A DNA stretch of 64,000 nt from Synechococcus sp. (GCA_047285305.1 JBJBDL010000003.1:1600001-1664000); one strand, 5' to 3'; counted from the stretch's first letter, positions 39,456-48,796 are shown. The notes: generated by a model from the letters alone, not told the origin. Program-made: numbers and translations.

Positions 39456-41950
39456 TGGCAGTTTCAAAAGCGAAGGCGAAGGCAAAAGCCAAACCAACAA
39501 CCAACGACCCTCGCTTGAACCCGATTCATGCCTGGTTCGCGCAGAGGAACTGGACACCGCTGCCGTTCCAGCAGGAGACCTGGAGCGCCTATTTGGCGGG
39601 GCGGAATGGATTGATCCAAGTGCCCACAGGGTCTGGCAAAACCTTCGCCGCCGTGATGGGACCGATCGCGCGGATGTTGGCGGAGGAGCAGCCGTTGAAG
39701 GGAATACGTCTGCTCTACATCACGCCCTTGCGTGCCCTCAGCCGCGACTTATCGCTCGCGATCCGCGAACCGATCGAGGCGATGGGCTGGCCAATTCGGG
39801 TGGGCATCCGCAATGGCGACAGCAGCAGCAGCGAACGCACGAAACAGCTCAAGGCACCACCGCAGATTCTGGTGACGACTCCGGAATCCCTCGCCCTGCT
39901 GCTGAGCAACGCCAAGGCCGAAGAACTGTTTGGCCAACTTGAAACGGTGATCCTCGATGAATGGCACGAATTGATGGGAAGCAAACGGGGCAGCCAGACG
40001 GAGCTGTGCCTGAGCTGGTTGCGCCAGCTGCGCCCCCAGCTCCAGACCTGGGCCATCAGTGCCACCATCGGCAACCTGGAGCAGGCAGCGCGCCATGCGC
40101 TGGGAACGGCAGGGCATGGCGCGCTGATCGGTGGCGCCCCTGCCCGCAGCACGGATATTCAGAGCATCCTTCCGGAAACCATCGATGGATTCCCCTGGGC
40201 CGGACACCTCGGATTGCGGATGTACGAGGAGCTGGTGGCCCGCCTCAATCCCGACATCAGCACCTTGCTGTTCACCAACACCCGCAATCAGTCGGAGCGT
40301 TGGCACCAGTGTCTGCGCTTCGCCTGCCCGGAGATGGATGAGGGGTTGGCGCTGCACCACAGCGCCATTGATCGCAGCGAGCGGGAAGCAATCGAAGCCT
40401 CCGTGAAGGCCGGCGGCATTCGTTGGGTGGTCTGCACCAGCTCCTTGGACCTCGGGGTGGACTTCCAACCCGTGGAACAGGTGGTGCAGATCGGAAGCCC
40501 GAAGAATCTGGCGCGGCTGCTGCAGCGGGCGGGGCGGTCAGCGCACTTGCCCGGCGGAACATCCCAGGTGCTTTTCATGCCCACCAATGCACTCGAACTG
40601 CTCGAACTCAGTGCTGTGCGGCGGGGACTGGCGGAGGGTCTGGTGGAACAACGTAAGCCGCCGAAAGCCCCTCTTGATGTGCTGCTGCAGCACCTCACGG
40701 GGTTGGCCTGCGGCCCTGGCTTCCATCCGGAGCAGGCCTTCCAGACCGTGCGCAGCTGTGCGGCCTACGCCGAGCTGAGCCAGGAGGACTGGGACTGGTG
40801 CATGTTGTTTCTGGAGCAGGGCGGAGAGTGCCTCGGGGCCTATCCCCGCTACCGCAAGCTCGAGTGGGAGGAGACAAGTCAGCGCTACCGGGTTCGCGAA
40901 AAAGCCATCGCCCGGCTGCACCGTCTCAACGTTGGAACGATCACGGCCGCACCGGCGATCACCGTGCGGTTTGTTCGTGGTGCTGTGCTCGGCCATGTGG
41001 AGGAAACCTTCATCAGCCAGCTGAAGCCGAAGGATGTGTTCTTCTTCTCCGGCCGCCAGCTGGAATTCGTGCGGCTGCGCGACATGACCGCTTACGTGAA
41101 GGTGAGCACCAAGAAAACGCGCACCGTGCCTGCCTGGGCTGGGGGGCAGATGGCCCTCTCCGATCTGCTGACCCATCACCTGCGTCTTGAGGTGGACCGC
41201 GCCAGCCGTGGTGATCTCGACAACGCTGAACTGCAGGCTCTGAAGCCCCTGTTTGATCGGCAACAGGACATTTCGGTGTTGCCGACGGTGGGGCAGCTGT
41301 TGATTGAGACCTGTCGCACCCGGGAAGGCACACACCTGTTTGCCTTCCCCTTTGAAGGGCGGTTCGTGCATGAGGGCATCGGCTTCCTCTGGGCGTCGCG
41401 GCTCACCCGTCTGGAGCGGGGCACGATCACGGTGTCGGTGAACGACTACGGCTTTGAGCTGTTGGCACCGAAGAGCTACCCCATGGCGGAGTTGCTGGAG
41501 GACCACATCGATCTGCTGCTCGATCGCCAAAAGCTGGAGCGGGATCTCAAGAACGCACTGAATCTCTCCGAGCTGCAACGGCGACGCTTCCGCGCCATCG
41601 CCCAGATCGCAGGCCTGATGAACCGGGGATTCCCTGGATCGAGCAAAAGCACCGGTCAGCTTCAGATCAGTGCATCGCTGCTGTTCGATGTGTTCAGCCG
41701 CCATGAGCCGAACAATCGCTTGCTGCTGCAGGCGCAGCAGGAGGTGCTCGATGACCAGTTGGAGATCTCGCGCCTTGAGGCGGCCTTGGATCGCGCAGCA
41801 AGCCAGGAATGGCTGCACGTTGAAACCCCTCGTCCCAGCCCATTGGCCTTTCCACTATTGGTGGAACGGCTGAACAACAGGATGAGCAATGAATCCGTTT
41901 TGGAGCGGGTTCAGCGGATGAAGGACGAAGCTCTCAGACGAGAGGGTTAG
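39455..41950 (+). CDS. lhr: Ligase-associated Lhr-family DEXH helicase
   Basis: PTGSGKT, ITPLRAL, TTPESL, DEWHE, SATIGN, SSLDLGVD and QRAGRS. Confidence 0.93.
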   Translation: MAVSKAKAKAKAKPTTNDPRLNPIHAWFAQRNWTPLPFQQETWSAYLAGRNGLIQVPTGSGKTFAAVMGPIARMLAEEQPLKGIRLLYITPLRALSRDLSLAIREPIEAMGWPIRVGIRNGDSSSSERTKQLKAPPQILVTTPESLALLLSNAKAEELFGQLETVILDEWHELMGSKRGSQTELCLSWLRQLRPQLQTWAISATIGNLEQAARHALGTAGHGALIGGAPARSTDIQSILPETIDGFPWAGHLGLRMYEELVARLNPDISTLLFTNTRNQSERWHQCLRFACPEMDEGLALHHSAIDRSEREAIEASVKAGGIRWVVCTSSLDLGVDFQPVEQVVQIGSPKNLARLLQRAGRSAHLPGGTSQVLFMPTNALELLELSAVRRGLAEGLVEQRKPPKAPLDVLLQHLTGLACGPGFHPEQAFQTVRSCAAYAELSQEDWDWCMLFLEQGGECLGAYPRYRKLEWEETSQRYRVREKAIARLHRLNVGTITAAPAITVRFVRGAVLGHVEETFISQLKPKDVFFFSGRQLEFVRLRDMTAYVKVSTKKTRTVPAWAGGQMALSDLLTHHLRLEVDRASRGDLDNAELQALKPLFDRQQDISVLPTVGQLLIETCRTREGTHLFAFPFEGRFVHEGIGFLWASRLTRLERGTITVSVNDYGFELLAPKSYPMAELLEDHIDLLLDRQKLERDLKNALNLSELQRRRFRAIAQIAGLMNRGFPGSSKSTGQLQISASLLFDVFSRHEPNNRLLLQAQQEVLDDQLEISRLEAALDRAASQEWLHVETPRPSPLAFPLLVERLNNRMSNESVLERVQRMKDEALRREG

Positions 41951-42003
41951 GGAGCCTGAAGTCGATCTGATCCGAAGCTATTTGTTTTGGCCTCAACCAC
42001 GTC

Positions 42004-42300
42004 TCAGTTCGGTTGACGAGATTTCTTCACTGCGAGCCCGGCTTCAACTGCTGTTCCAGCCGCGAGAGCAACGAGCCCAAATAAGCCAATCAATTGGTTT
42101 TGCATTTCTTCGGCAGCCTCAGCTCCCTGTCCCAGCACCACACCCAGGACAAACCATGTCGTCGCCAAAGCAGACGTGATCCAGTACGCCTTCCAGCGGC
42201 GCTGGTACAGGTACCCGGCACCCAAGCCCGGAACCACGTTCAAAGTGACAGAAACCCAGCCTGCCGATGCGGCAAGGATCTCTCTTCTGGTGGGCGCCAT
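42004..42300 (-). CDS. Hypothetical membrane protein
   Basis: LNVVPGLGAGYLYQRRWKAYW plus hydrophobic helices. Confidence 0.72.
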   Translation of the reverse strand: MAPTRREILAASAGWVSVTLNVVPGLGAGYLYQRRWKAYWITSALATTWFVLGVVLGQGAEAAEEMQNQLIGLFGLVALAAGTAVEAGLAVKKSRQPN

Positions 42301-42360
42301 AACAACCGGTGTTTCAGTGCATTTTTGTCGATATCGAGCGCCATCGCGCGTGGCGGGCAC

Positions 42361-43215
42361 TTATCCATAGGGCCCAAATCGCGTCGCACAGGCGGCACCA
42401 CACTGGGCACCCAAAGCGATGGCCTTCGCCAGGGACCAGCGCGCCGCAAGACCCGTGACCACTCCTGCCGCAAAGCTGTCACCGCAGCCATAACTCTCGA
42501 CCAAGGGCCCCGGAAGGGGTGATGGGTCATAACGACCGCCTGGACGACTGACACCGCCTGCGTCACCTTCCGTGCGAATTATTGTTTTGGGAGCTGGGTT
42601 CAACTGCCCCGACTCCACCCGTTCACCCGGATCAAGCCCACTGCCAATCAGGGCATCGAGGGGAACCCCGGCCTGCTGAAGCACGGGCAAACGAACGCGC
42701 GGGGTCGCAGCCAGGACTGCAGCAGAACGGCAGGCTTTCAACAGAGGAGCATCAGCTGCCGTGACGAAAAGGCCGTCGCATCCGCCCAGGGCCTCCCAGG
42801 GAAGGTCGTCATCCAGTGATGGGGTCAGCCGCTCGCCGATCACCGTGATCGCACGATCCCCCTCATCATCAACCATGCTCACGCCCCGACGGGTTGGCAC
42901 CTCCCTCCAGGCGACATGAAGTTCAAGGCCCAGATCCTCGAGTCGCTTGACGCAGGCTTCACCGACAGAATCGCGACCTAGAGCCGTAAAGAACTGGACG
43001 GGTTGATGCTGCAAGCGTGCCATCTGCACCGCAACAACGGCGCCACCACCAGCAGGTTCCTGCAGAGTCTGCAAGGCGTGACCAATGGCCCCGGGACAGG
43101 GCAACTGATCCACCGCCAGAAATTCCACCCATTCGACATGACCCACAACGGCCAAGCGCAGAGGCGGCAGGGCTGAGGCGGAAGACAAGGACCGTTCAAA
43201 GCTGCTGGACCCCAT
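42361..43215 (-). CDS. PfkB-family carbohydrate kinase
   Basis: PAGGGAVVAVQ and VESYGCGDSFAAG PfkB signature. Confidence 0.88.
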   Translation of the reverse strand: MGSSSFERSLSSASALPPLRLAVVGHVEWVEFLAVDQLPCPGAIGHALQTLQEPAGGGAVVAVQMARLQHQPVQFFTALGRDSVGEACVKRLEDLGLELHVAWREVPTRRGVSMVDDEGDRAITVIGERLTPSLDDDLPWEALGGCDGLFVTAADAPLLKACRSAAVLAATPRVRLPVLQQAGVPLDALIGSGLDPGERVESGQLNPAPKTIIRTEGDAGGVSRPGGRYDPSPLPGPLVESYGCGDSFAAGVVTGLAARWSLAKAIALGAQCGAACATRFGPYG

Positions 43216-43327
43216 CCTCTCTGCAGGAACGGCTCAACAACAGGATGGTCGCGGATGAAGGACAAGGCCATCCGCAAAGTGTGTTGAGATCGCTCTCCAC
43301 TGCTGTGCCCTTAAGGTTCAACATCGG

Positions 43328-43543
43328 ATGGTTTTAACAACGTTGGCCAAGCTCGGGGAGATCAAACTCAAACAGATTCCACAACTGAACACGGCCAACA
43401 GCTCACCCTTGATTCGGAAACACAAAGAGGTTCTGAATCTGATGATGAGAACGCTTTCGCTTGATACCTACGGCCTCACCTGGGCCCAGTTCATCAAGGG
43501 GTTTGGTTGCGGTGCTTTGGCCGTTTGGCTTCTCATGCGCTGA
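43328..43543 (+). CDS. Small membrane protein
   Basis: HKEVLNLMMRTLSLDTYGLTWAQFIKGFGCGALAVWLL; resembles the ORF at 25468-25641. Confidence 0.65.
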   Translation: MVLTTLAKLGEIKLKQIPQLNTANSSPLIRKHKEVLNLMMRTLSLDTYGLTWAQFIKGFGCGALAVWLLMR

Positions 43544-43862
43544 GCTCAGCCATGACACACGGGCCTTCCACCCCATAGCCGCGACTCCAACATTCCCTTT
43601 TCCAAGACCGTCAGTTTTGGTGCCGGCTCATTCAATGCAGCTTCCGCCCGTGTCTTGGCTGCGGCAATGAACCGATCTGTTTTATCTCCAGAATCAAAAG
43701 CCACGGTGCCTCAGCAATAACCACCAAAGGTATGGATCAGCACCTGTTGAGTCTCAGGACTTAAGAAAGATCCCTGAACCCAACAGATGAGGGTGCGAGC
43801 TCCCCTCAACCATTCCCTCGATTGCAGAATCGTTGCTATCGGTTGGAGGTTGCAGCAACCCG

Positions 43863-44062
43863 ATGAGTCGTTACCCCGTCTTCTATTGCGCTCCAGCGGC
43901 CGTTGACGCTGGGTTTAAGCCTATTGAAGCGGCGGATGTCTAAGAGTCGAACAGATCGTGCAGCGTGAGCATCCCTGCGCAGTCACGGGATCTCTGAGTG
44001 AACGGGTGAGCAAAGAAGAGGAACTCCGCCGGTTGTTTGTGGCCTGGCTCGAAAAAGTCTGA
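43863..44062 (+). pseudogene. Disrupted ~66-aa hypothetical gene
   Basis: MSRYPVFYCAPAAVDAGFKPIEAADV, TAA at 43941, then the shifted frame EQIVQREHP...EEELRRLFVAWLEKV; span is 200 nt, one short of 201. Confidence 0.55.
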
Positions 44063-44066
44063 ACAC

Positions 44067-44486
44067 ATGGAGCCACCACAGGGGTGCATGAAACGCAATT
44101 CGTTGTCGGTCACACCCCCCAGCTGGCTGGACATCGACCCCGACAGCTACAAGCGGCTGCTGAACCGCACGGCGGTGACGACTACCAAGCGCGCCAGGAA
44201 GCGAGGGGCAACGTATCAGGTGAGGGAGGCCATCTATTCCATCCATGCAGCATTTCAGCGTTGTGACGGCACGGATCCCTACGACGGACTGCCGTTGGAC
44301 AATCGCATTCATGATGGAGTCCGCAGTCCGACCGTCTCCCCGGTGAGCAGCAGCAGCGCAGCGACCTTTGAGATTCTCAGCCTGCAGACCAAAGAAGCCA
44401 AAGGGGAGAGGAACGGCGAGGAGTTCATCGCCCACTGCCGTGCCGTAGTCGCCCATGCCGACGCGTCATCACCGGCCCAACTATGA
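44067..44486 (+). CDS. Hypothetical protein
   Basis: 139-aa ORF coupled to the downstream gene; CDGTDPYDGLPL. Confidence 0.65.
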   Translation: MEPPQGCMKRNSLSVTPPSWLDIDPDSYKRLLNRTAVTTTKRARKRGATYQVREAIYSIHAAFQRCDGTDPYDGLPLDNRIHDGVRSPTVSPVSSSSAATFEILSLQTKEAKGERNGEEFIAHCRAVVAHADASSPAQL

Positions 44487-45028
44487 GCAGCGCCAAGAAG
44501 CTGTTCCTGGTGGTGCTGGGGGGCCGTTGCAAGGGTTGCCATGTGGAGCAGCACGATGTGCGCTGGGTCGTGGGCGAGACCATCGACGCAACGCTGCCGG
44601 TGCTGCGGCAGGAATGGATCGGCCTCCGCCATGGCTTACACATCGACAGCTACCGCTGCATCGACCATGTCGATCGCTATCGCGTTGAAGTTGTTGAGCA
44701 AGCGCAGGATCCATCCAGTTTTGACGGTCCGCAACTGTGGTTCGTCAACCTTGGCGCCTATGACCCCACCTCTATGGCGGAACAGCATGCCTTCGGGGTG
44801 ATCGTGGCCCGTTCTTCAGCCTCTGCCAAGGCGCAGGCACGGCAGCGTTGGCTGAAGGGACAGGAGCAAGTGCATAAGGACGATCTTCACCCTGTCGAAA
44901 TGGACAGCGCGCTCGATGATCTGCTGCCGATTCACGGCAATGGCCAGTGGCACTTGAAACTGATCGCGGATGGCCAAGTTGACGACGACCCAGCCCATCC
45001 CAATTGGTACGGCTATTGGAAGATCTGA
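44483..45028 (+). CDS. DUF1543 family protein
   Basis: LFLVVLGG..EQHDVRWVVG, LHIDSY, LWFVNLGAYDP and HKDD. Confidence 0.85.
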   Translation: MSSAKKLFLVVLGGRCKGCHVEQHDVRWVVGETIDATLPVLRQEWIGLRHGLHIDSYRCIDHVDRYRVEVVEQAQDPSSFDGPQLWFVNLGAYDPTSMAEQHAFGVIVARSSASAKAQARQRWLKGQEQVHKDDLHPVEMDSALDDLLPIHGNGQWHLKLIADGQVDDDPAHPNWYGYWKI

Positions 45029-45274
45029 CCACAGAACAAACACTGCTCAGCTACAACTAACCACCACGTTGAGGTGTGTCGTGCTGATCCTGATCCTCCT
45101 CGTGCTGACGGGCTCCTACGCCGGACTGTGGTCTCTGCGTTTCGTGCTCGAACAACGCACTGACACCGAATAGGAAATGACAACCTCAAGACGCATCCAG
45201 TCACATCCGGCCGAGTAGCTGAAGCGTTTGCCAGGCAGAGCAGGAATACGTTTTCCTCAGTCCATCGACGACCC

Positions 45275-45627
45275 GTGTCGCTTGTTCAACGTCTTGGCAT
45301 CGCCGCGTTCGTGGTGGTCATCACCGGTGTCGGCCTGAGTCCTGTGGTGGAAGCCCATAGTGCTCGTCACGACCATCACCACCACTCCCGCACAAACAAA
45401 AAACGCAGGCCTAAAACAGTGGCTACAAGCATGGCTACAGAACGGCCGTCGAAAACAGCTACCTACCCAGCCACCACACGTACTACCTCAGCTATTCCCC
45501 GCTGTAAGGCCCCATGGTTTCACCGATGCCCCGGCGGGTCATTTTCACCCCAACGCCCTGGATGGTTCCTGTTCACCCACATCACCACGGCACCCTCGTC
45601 AACGTTGGGCACTGGGTACATCTCTAG
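45275..45627 (+). pseudogene. Degraded His/Tyr-rich secreted protein
   Basis: Signal peptide and HDHHHH, a frame change at the A6 run near 45400, then QA*NSGYKHGYRTA...SPL*GPMV...PHHHG. Confidence 0.5.
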
Positions 45628-45644
45628 ACACCGCGTCATCCACC

Positions 45645-45899
45645 ATGTCTGATCGAATCAGCAAAGACGCCAGCGAGACCTGGCGCGACCATGTGCTGAG
45701 GCAGGTGGTGTATTTCCTGGAAAGCCATCGCGATGAAATCATCGATAGCTTTGAAGCGGAGAACGCTTACAACTTGAAGCGTGAAGACATCGAAAAGTCA
45801 GATCTTCTCGATTTCGATGTTTCAGTCACGCTACATCGCGATCAATCCTCTTCCTTTGGCCTTGGATTCGGTTTTTTCAAGGCCAACATGATTCGCTGA
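45645..45899 (+). CDS. Hypothetical protein
   Basis: MSDRISKDASETWRDHVLRQVV...LLDFDVSVTLH...GFGFFKANMIR. Confidence 0.65.
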   Translation: MSDRISKDASETWRDHVLRQVVYFLESHRDEIIDSFEAENAYNLKREDIEKSDLLDFDVSVTLHRDQSSSFGLGFGFFKANMIR

Positions 45900-45900
45900 A

Positions 45901-46050
45901 TCAACCTGCAGGCTTCCAGAGCACATCGGGATCCTGGCGTTGCAGGGTTTGTTCAGCCAGTTTGAGGTAATAGAAATAGCTTTGTCTGTCTTCCGACTGA
46001 GCAGCTTTGTTCATCAAGTGCAGATAGCTGAGACGCTGATCTCTGTTCAT
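45901..46050 (-). CDS. Small hypothetical protein (49 aa)
   Basis: MNRDQRLSYLHLMNKAAQSEDRQSYFYYLKLAEQTLQRQDPDVLWKPAG. Confidence 0.55.
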   Translation of the reverse strand: MNRDQRLSYLHLMNKAAQSEDRQSYFYYLKLAEQTLQRQDPDVLWKPAG

Positions 46051-46200
46051 GCATGGGCTGGAGGGGGGTGAAACAATCACCTCAGCCGGCCTTCAATTTC
46101 GGTATCAGAGCAAACAACCGAAACAATTCTGGGTATCGATAGGGCACTTTTTTATCTTTTCTTTTGAAGCTTTGGCCATAAATCCGTCCTCGTGATGCAA

Positions 46201-46452
46201 TCAACAGGGTCGGAAATTCGTCGTGACGGGCGGGCCACCTCCAGGAGGAACAACACAGCTTGGATCGGATGAGCCTGTGTTCTGCTCAGGCAATGCAGGA
46301 GCTCCCCCGGGCCCTCCCGGCAATGCCGGACCCAAATCAATCTTGCCGGACCGGATCAGTTGGGACGTGACGTTGAACGCCAACCCGCCAAGCAACCCAA
46401 GCCCCATCGAGGCCAAAAAAGCAACAAGAATTTGACGCTGACGGTTGTTCAT
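46201..46452 (-). CDS. Hypothetical membrane-anchored protein
   Basis: N-terminal TM helix, Pro/Gly-rich tail and CVVPPGGGPPV...C. Confidence 0.6.
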   Translation of the reverse strand: MNNRQRQILVAFLASMGLGLLGGLAFNVTSQLIRSGKIDLGPALPGGPGGAPALPEQNTGSSDPSCVVPPGGGPPVTTNFRPC

Positions 46453-46469
46453 CCCACTGCTCGATCCCG

Positions 46470-46664
46470 ATGAAGGTTGATTGGCCGCGAGCTCTGGCCT
46501 CAATCTCAGTGAATAACGGAGATTTGACAGATCAAAACAGACCGCCGGATGATCCGCTTGCTGCAACTGAAACGATCGAAACACAGTCTCTGCTGACGCT
46601 GCTCACGCCCTTCCTCGTGTTCGGGGCCTTGTTTGTGGTACTCCTGCTGGTCTGGGACCGATGA
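46470..46664 (+). CDS. Small membrane protein
   Basis: C-terminal TM helix LLTLLTPFLVFGALFVVLLLVWDR; start is uncertain. Confidence 0.5.
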   Translation: MKVDWPRALASISVNNGDLTDQNRPPDDPLAATETIETQSLLTLLTPFLVFGALFVVLLLVWDR

Positions 46665-46783
46665 CAGCCCCGGTTGCGGGACTGTTCTGGACGCCATACG
46701 CCGATTGGATCTACACCGTGGTCAGCCTGAGTGGGTTGATGCTGATCACCTGGCTGGTGCTAGGCCGCAGCAGCGGCGGCTGA
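46661..46783 (+). CDS. Small membrane protein (40 aa)
   Basis: MTAPVAGLFWTPYADWIYTVVSLSGLMLITWLVLGRSSGG; ATGA overlap with the previous ORF. Confidence 0.55.
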   Translation: MTAPVAGLFWTPYADWIYTVVSLSGLMLITWLVLGRSSGG

Positions 46784-46808
46784 TGCACTTAGACGCACTT
46801 CAAGAGCG

Positions 46809-47129
46809 TCAGGCAGCAAGCATCCCCATCTCAGGCTCAAGCAGAACATCGCGGGCTGTGTTGAACCGTGTCATCACCTCAGGGTCGCCCCCTTTGTCGG
46901 GATGGTGTTGAACAGCCAGAAGCTTGTGAGCCCGCTTCACCTGGGCAACGGTTAACCGCCCGGTGAGCGGCAGGCCAAGGCACTGCCTTGCCTGAATCGC
47001 TTCGAGACCGGGGTCGCGCCCCATCGGACATTGATCGCGGCGATGGTTTGACGTTCCCGGCTTGCGCTTCTTGCTGGATTTGCGTTTGGCCGACCTGGCC
47101 TGCCCCCCAAACCCTTTCGAATCCTGCAC
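46809..47129 (-). CDS. DnaJ-domain protein
   Basis: VKRAHKLLAVQHHPDKGGD...FNTARDVL (HPD motif). Confidence 0.85.
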   Translation of the reverse strand: MQDSKGFGGQARSAKRKSSKKRKPGTSNHRRDQCPMGRDPGLEAIQARQCLGLPLTGRLTVAQVKRAHKLLAVQHHPDKGGDPEVMTRFNTARDVLLEPEMGMLAA

Positions 47130-47171
47130 AAGCTGATCGCCGAAGCAGTTCACAATGCCTGATCGCCTGGT

Positions 47172-47894
47172 TCAGTCACCGAGCTGCGACCACCAGCGCT
47201 CGATGCGATCGGTGGAGCCGTACCAGCTTTGGCCAAACAATCCGCCGTGGGCTGTATCAGCAAGCTCAATCCAACGGGCATCCCGCAGCAGAGCTGATGG
47301 AAGCGGCACCAGACCATCCCCCTGCAGATCCGGGTCGCCCATGATCTGGCGATAGCTGCGGGCAGCGCTGCGGCGCGAAAAGTTGGATGCATTCGCTCCC
47401 AGCGGATCAAGCCGACCCGCAACCGCGACGTAGTCGACCCGATCGGCTTCAGGGCAACCCGGAAACTCACGATCCACACGAGCCCGCAGCGGTGTGGCAC
47501 GCAGGGCCTGATGGGGACTGCCGAGAGTGATCAGGCGATTGCATCGGGCTGCACCGTTGAAACGGCGGCCCAGAAAGGTCTGATCGGCCAGATAGGGGCG
47601 CAACATCACCCCGCCGGAACTGTGACCAATCAACGTGACTCCCTCGGTGGGCGACTGGCTTTGAAGCTCACGCACAGCGACATCAACGCGATCAAGCAGG
47701 CGACGCCAACCGAAACCCCAGCTGGTGGCCAACCAATCCAATTTGGACGCAGGCACGATGTGCACCGCAGCGCCGGTGGTCTGATCAATCCAATCAGCGA
47801 GGGGGAGATAGGCCTCTTGCGTGATCAGAAAGCCACCGAAGATGACGACGGGCTGGGTGAGACGAGACGTGCTACTCACCTGATCAACGCACAT
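47172..47894 (-). CDS. Alpha/beta hydrolase (esterase/lipase-like)
   Basis: LIGHSSGG nucleophile motif, LITLGSPH and GDGLVP. Confidence 0.85.
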   Translation of the reverse strand: MCVDQVSSTSRLTQPVVIFGGFLITQEAYLPLADWIDQTTGAAVHIVPASKLDWLATSWGFGWRRLLDRVDVAVRELQSQSPTEGVTLIGHSSGGVMLRPYLADQTFLGRRFNGAARCNRLITLGSPHQALRATPLRARVDREFPGCPEADRVDYVAVAGRLDPLGANASNFSRRSAARSYRQIMGDPDLQGDGLVPLPSALLRDARWIELADTAHGGLFGQSWYGSTDRIERWWSQLGD

Positions 47895-48058
47895 TGCGGA
47901 GACTTGATCAGGTCGTAGCCACGCCGAATGCGACTTCCACCAGGTTCAAGAACCGTGCTCAGCTGTTGATCCTCAGAAGAAGCCTCAAGAACAACCTGCT
48001 GACCAATTAAAACGATCCTGAAGCGCCAGGAGAGAAGACCCGGAAGGATAAAGCTCAT
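47876..48058 (-). CDS. Small conserved hypothetical protein
   Basis: MSFILPGLLSWRFRIVLIGQQVVLEA...; in an operon-like arrangement. Confidence 0.55.
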   Translation of the reverse strand: MSFILPGLLSWRFRIVLIGQQVVLEASSEDQQLSTVLEPGGSRIRRGYDLIKSPQCALIR

Positions 48059-48136
48059 GCAGATCCTGGTTCTCGTCTCAAGCTGCCTCAATTCAGAACA
48101 ACGTCCATCCCTTCAAGTCAAAGGAAAGTCGAGAAA

Positions 48137-48793
48137 TCACTGGAGAGGTTTCTCGGCCACAACGGCAAGGAAAGGATCTCCTTTGCCGCCGAACAAGCCC
48201 ATGACACCCTCAGCGCGGGTGTCTTCGGCAACGATCTCAGGTTGGGGCCAGCCCTGAGCCATCAACACCTCAGCGACATATCGCAGGTGATCACCGTCAT
48301 CTCCGTCGGTCCAGACCTGGGGAGCCTTGGTGAAGAACATCCGATTGGAAAACGCCACGATCACCTGGCCCCGGGGACGGGTGATCCGCCACAGCTCAGC
48401 GGCGATCGGCTCGGGCTGTTGCAGGTACTGCCAGCCGGCCACGATCAGGGTGGCATCGATCGATGCATCCTCAACCGGGAGGGTTTGGTCACGGTTGAGG
48501 TTCTGAACCCAGTACCGATCCAATCGGGGGTTGGCACTCAGCTCCTCACCATTGAGGCCATGGCCAATGACGTTGTCGTAACTGACGTCTTCCGGCAGGT
48601 GGCTCACCCAACTGCTCATCAGATCCAGCACCTGGGCACAGGGAGGAATGCGCTCGCGGTAGAGGGCAGTCAGCCGAGCACGAAAACCCGCATCCAGGTG
48701 GTGAACGAAACGCGGCTCGCTGTAGAAGATCGCGTCGTCGGTGGCATCCAACTTGAAGCGTTGGGAGTCCTTCAGAACAGGAACAACCTTCAT
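48137..48793 (-). CDS. SAM-dependent methyltransferase
   Basis: FYSEPRFVHHLD, VLDLMSSWVSHLP and FSNRMFFTKA. Confidence 0.87.
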   Translation of the reverse strand: MKVVPVLKDSQRFKLDATDDAIFYSEPRFVHHLDAGFRARLTALYRERIPPCAQVLDLMSSWVSHLPEDVSYDNVIGHGLNGEELSANPRLDRYWVQNLNRDQTLPVEDASIDATLIVAGWQYLQQPEPIAAELWRITRPRGQVIVAFSNRMFFTKAPQVWTDGDDGDHLRYVAEVLMAQGWPQPEIVAEDTRAEGVMGLFGGKGDPFLAVVAEKPLQ

Positions 48794-48796
48794 CAA

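Noticed and set aside
39466..39493. KAKAKAKAK repeat at the Lhr N-terminus
   Set aside because: An imperfect in-frame 6-nt low-complexity repeat outside the helicase core; it has no phase-variation potential.
40538..41818. Long antisense ORFs (also 9427-10473, 14922-15998, 18170-19102, 27679-28605)
   Set aside because: Shadow ORFs opposite well-recognised high-GC genes, with no motifs of their own.
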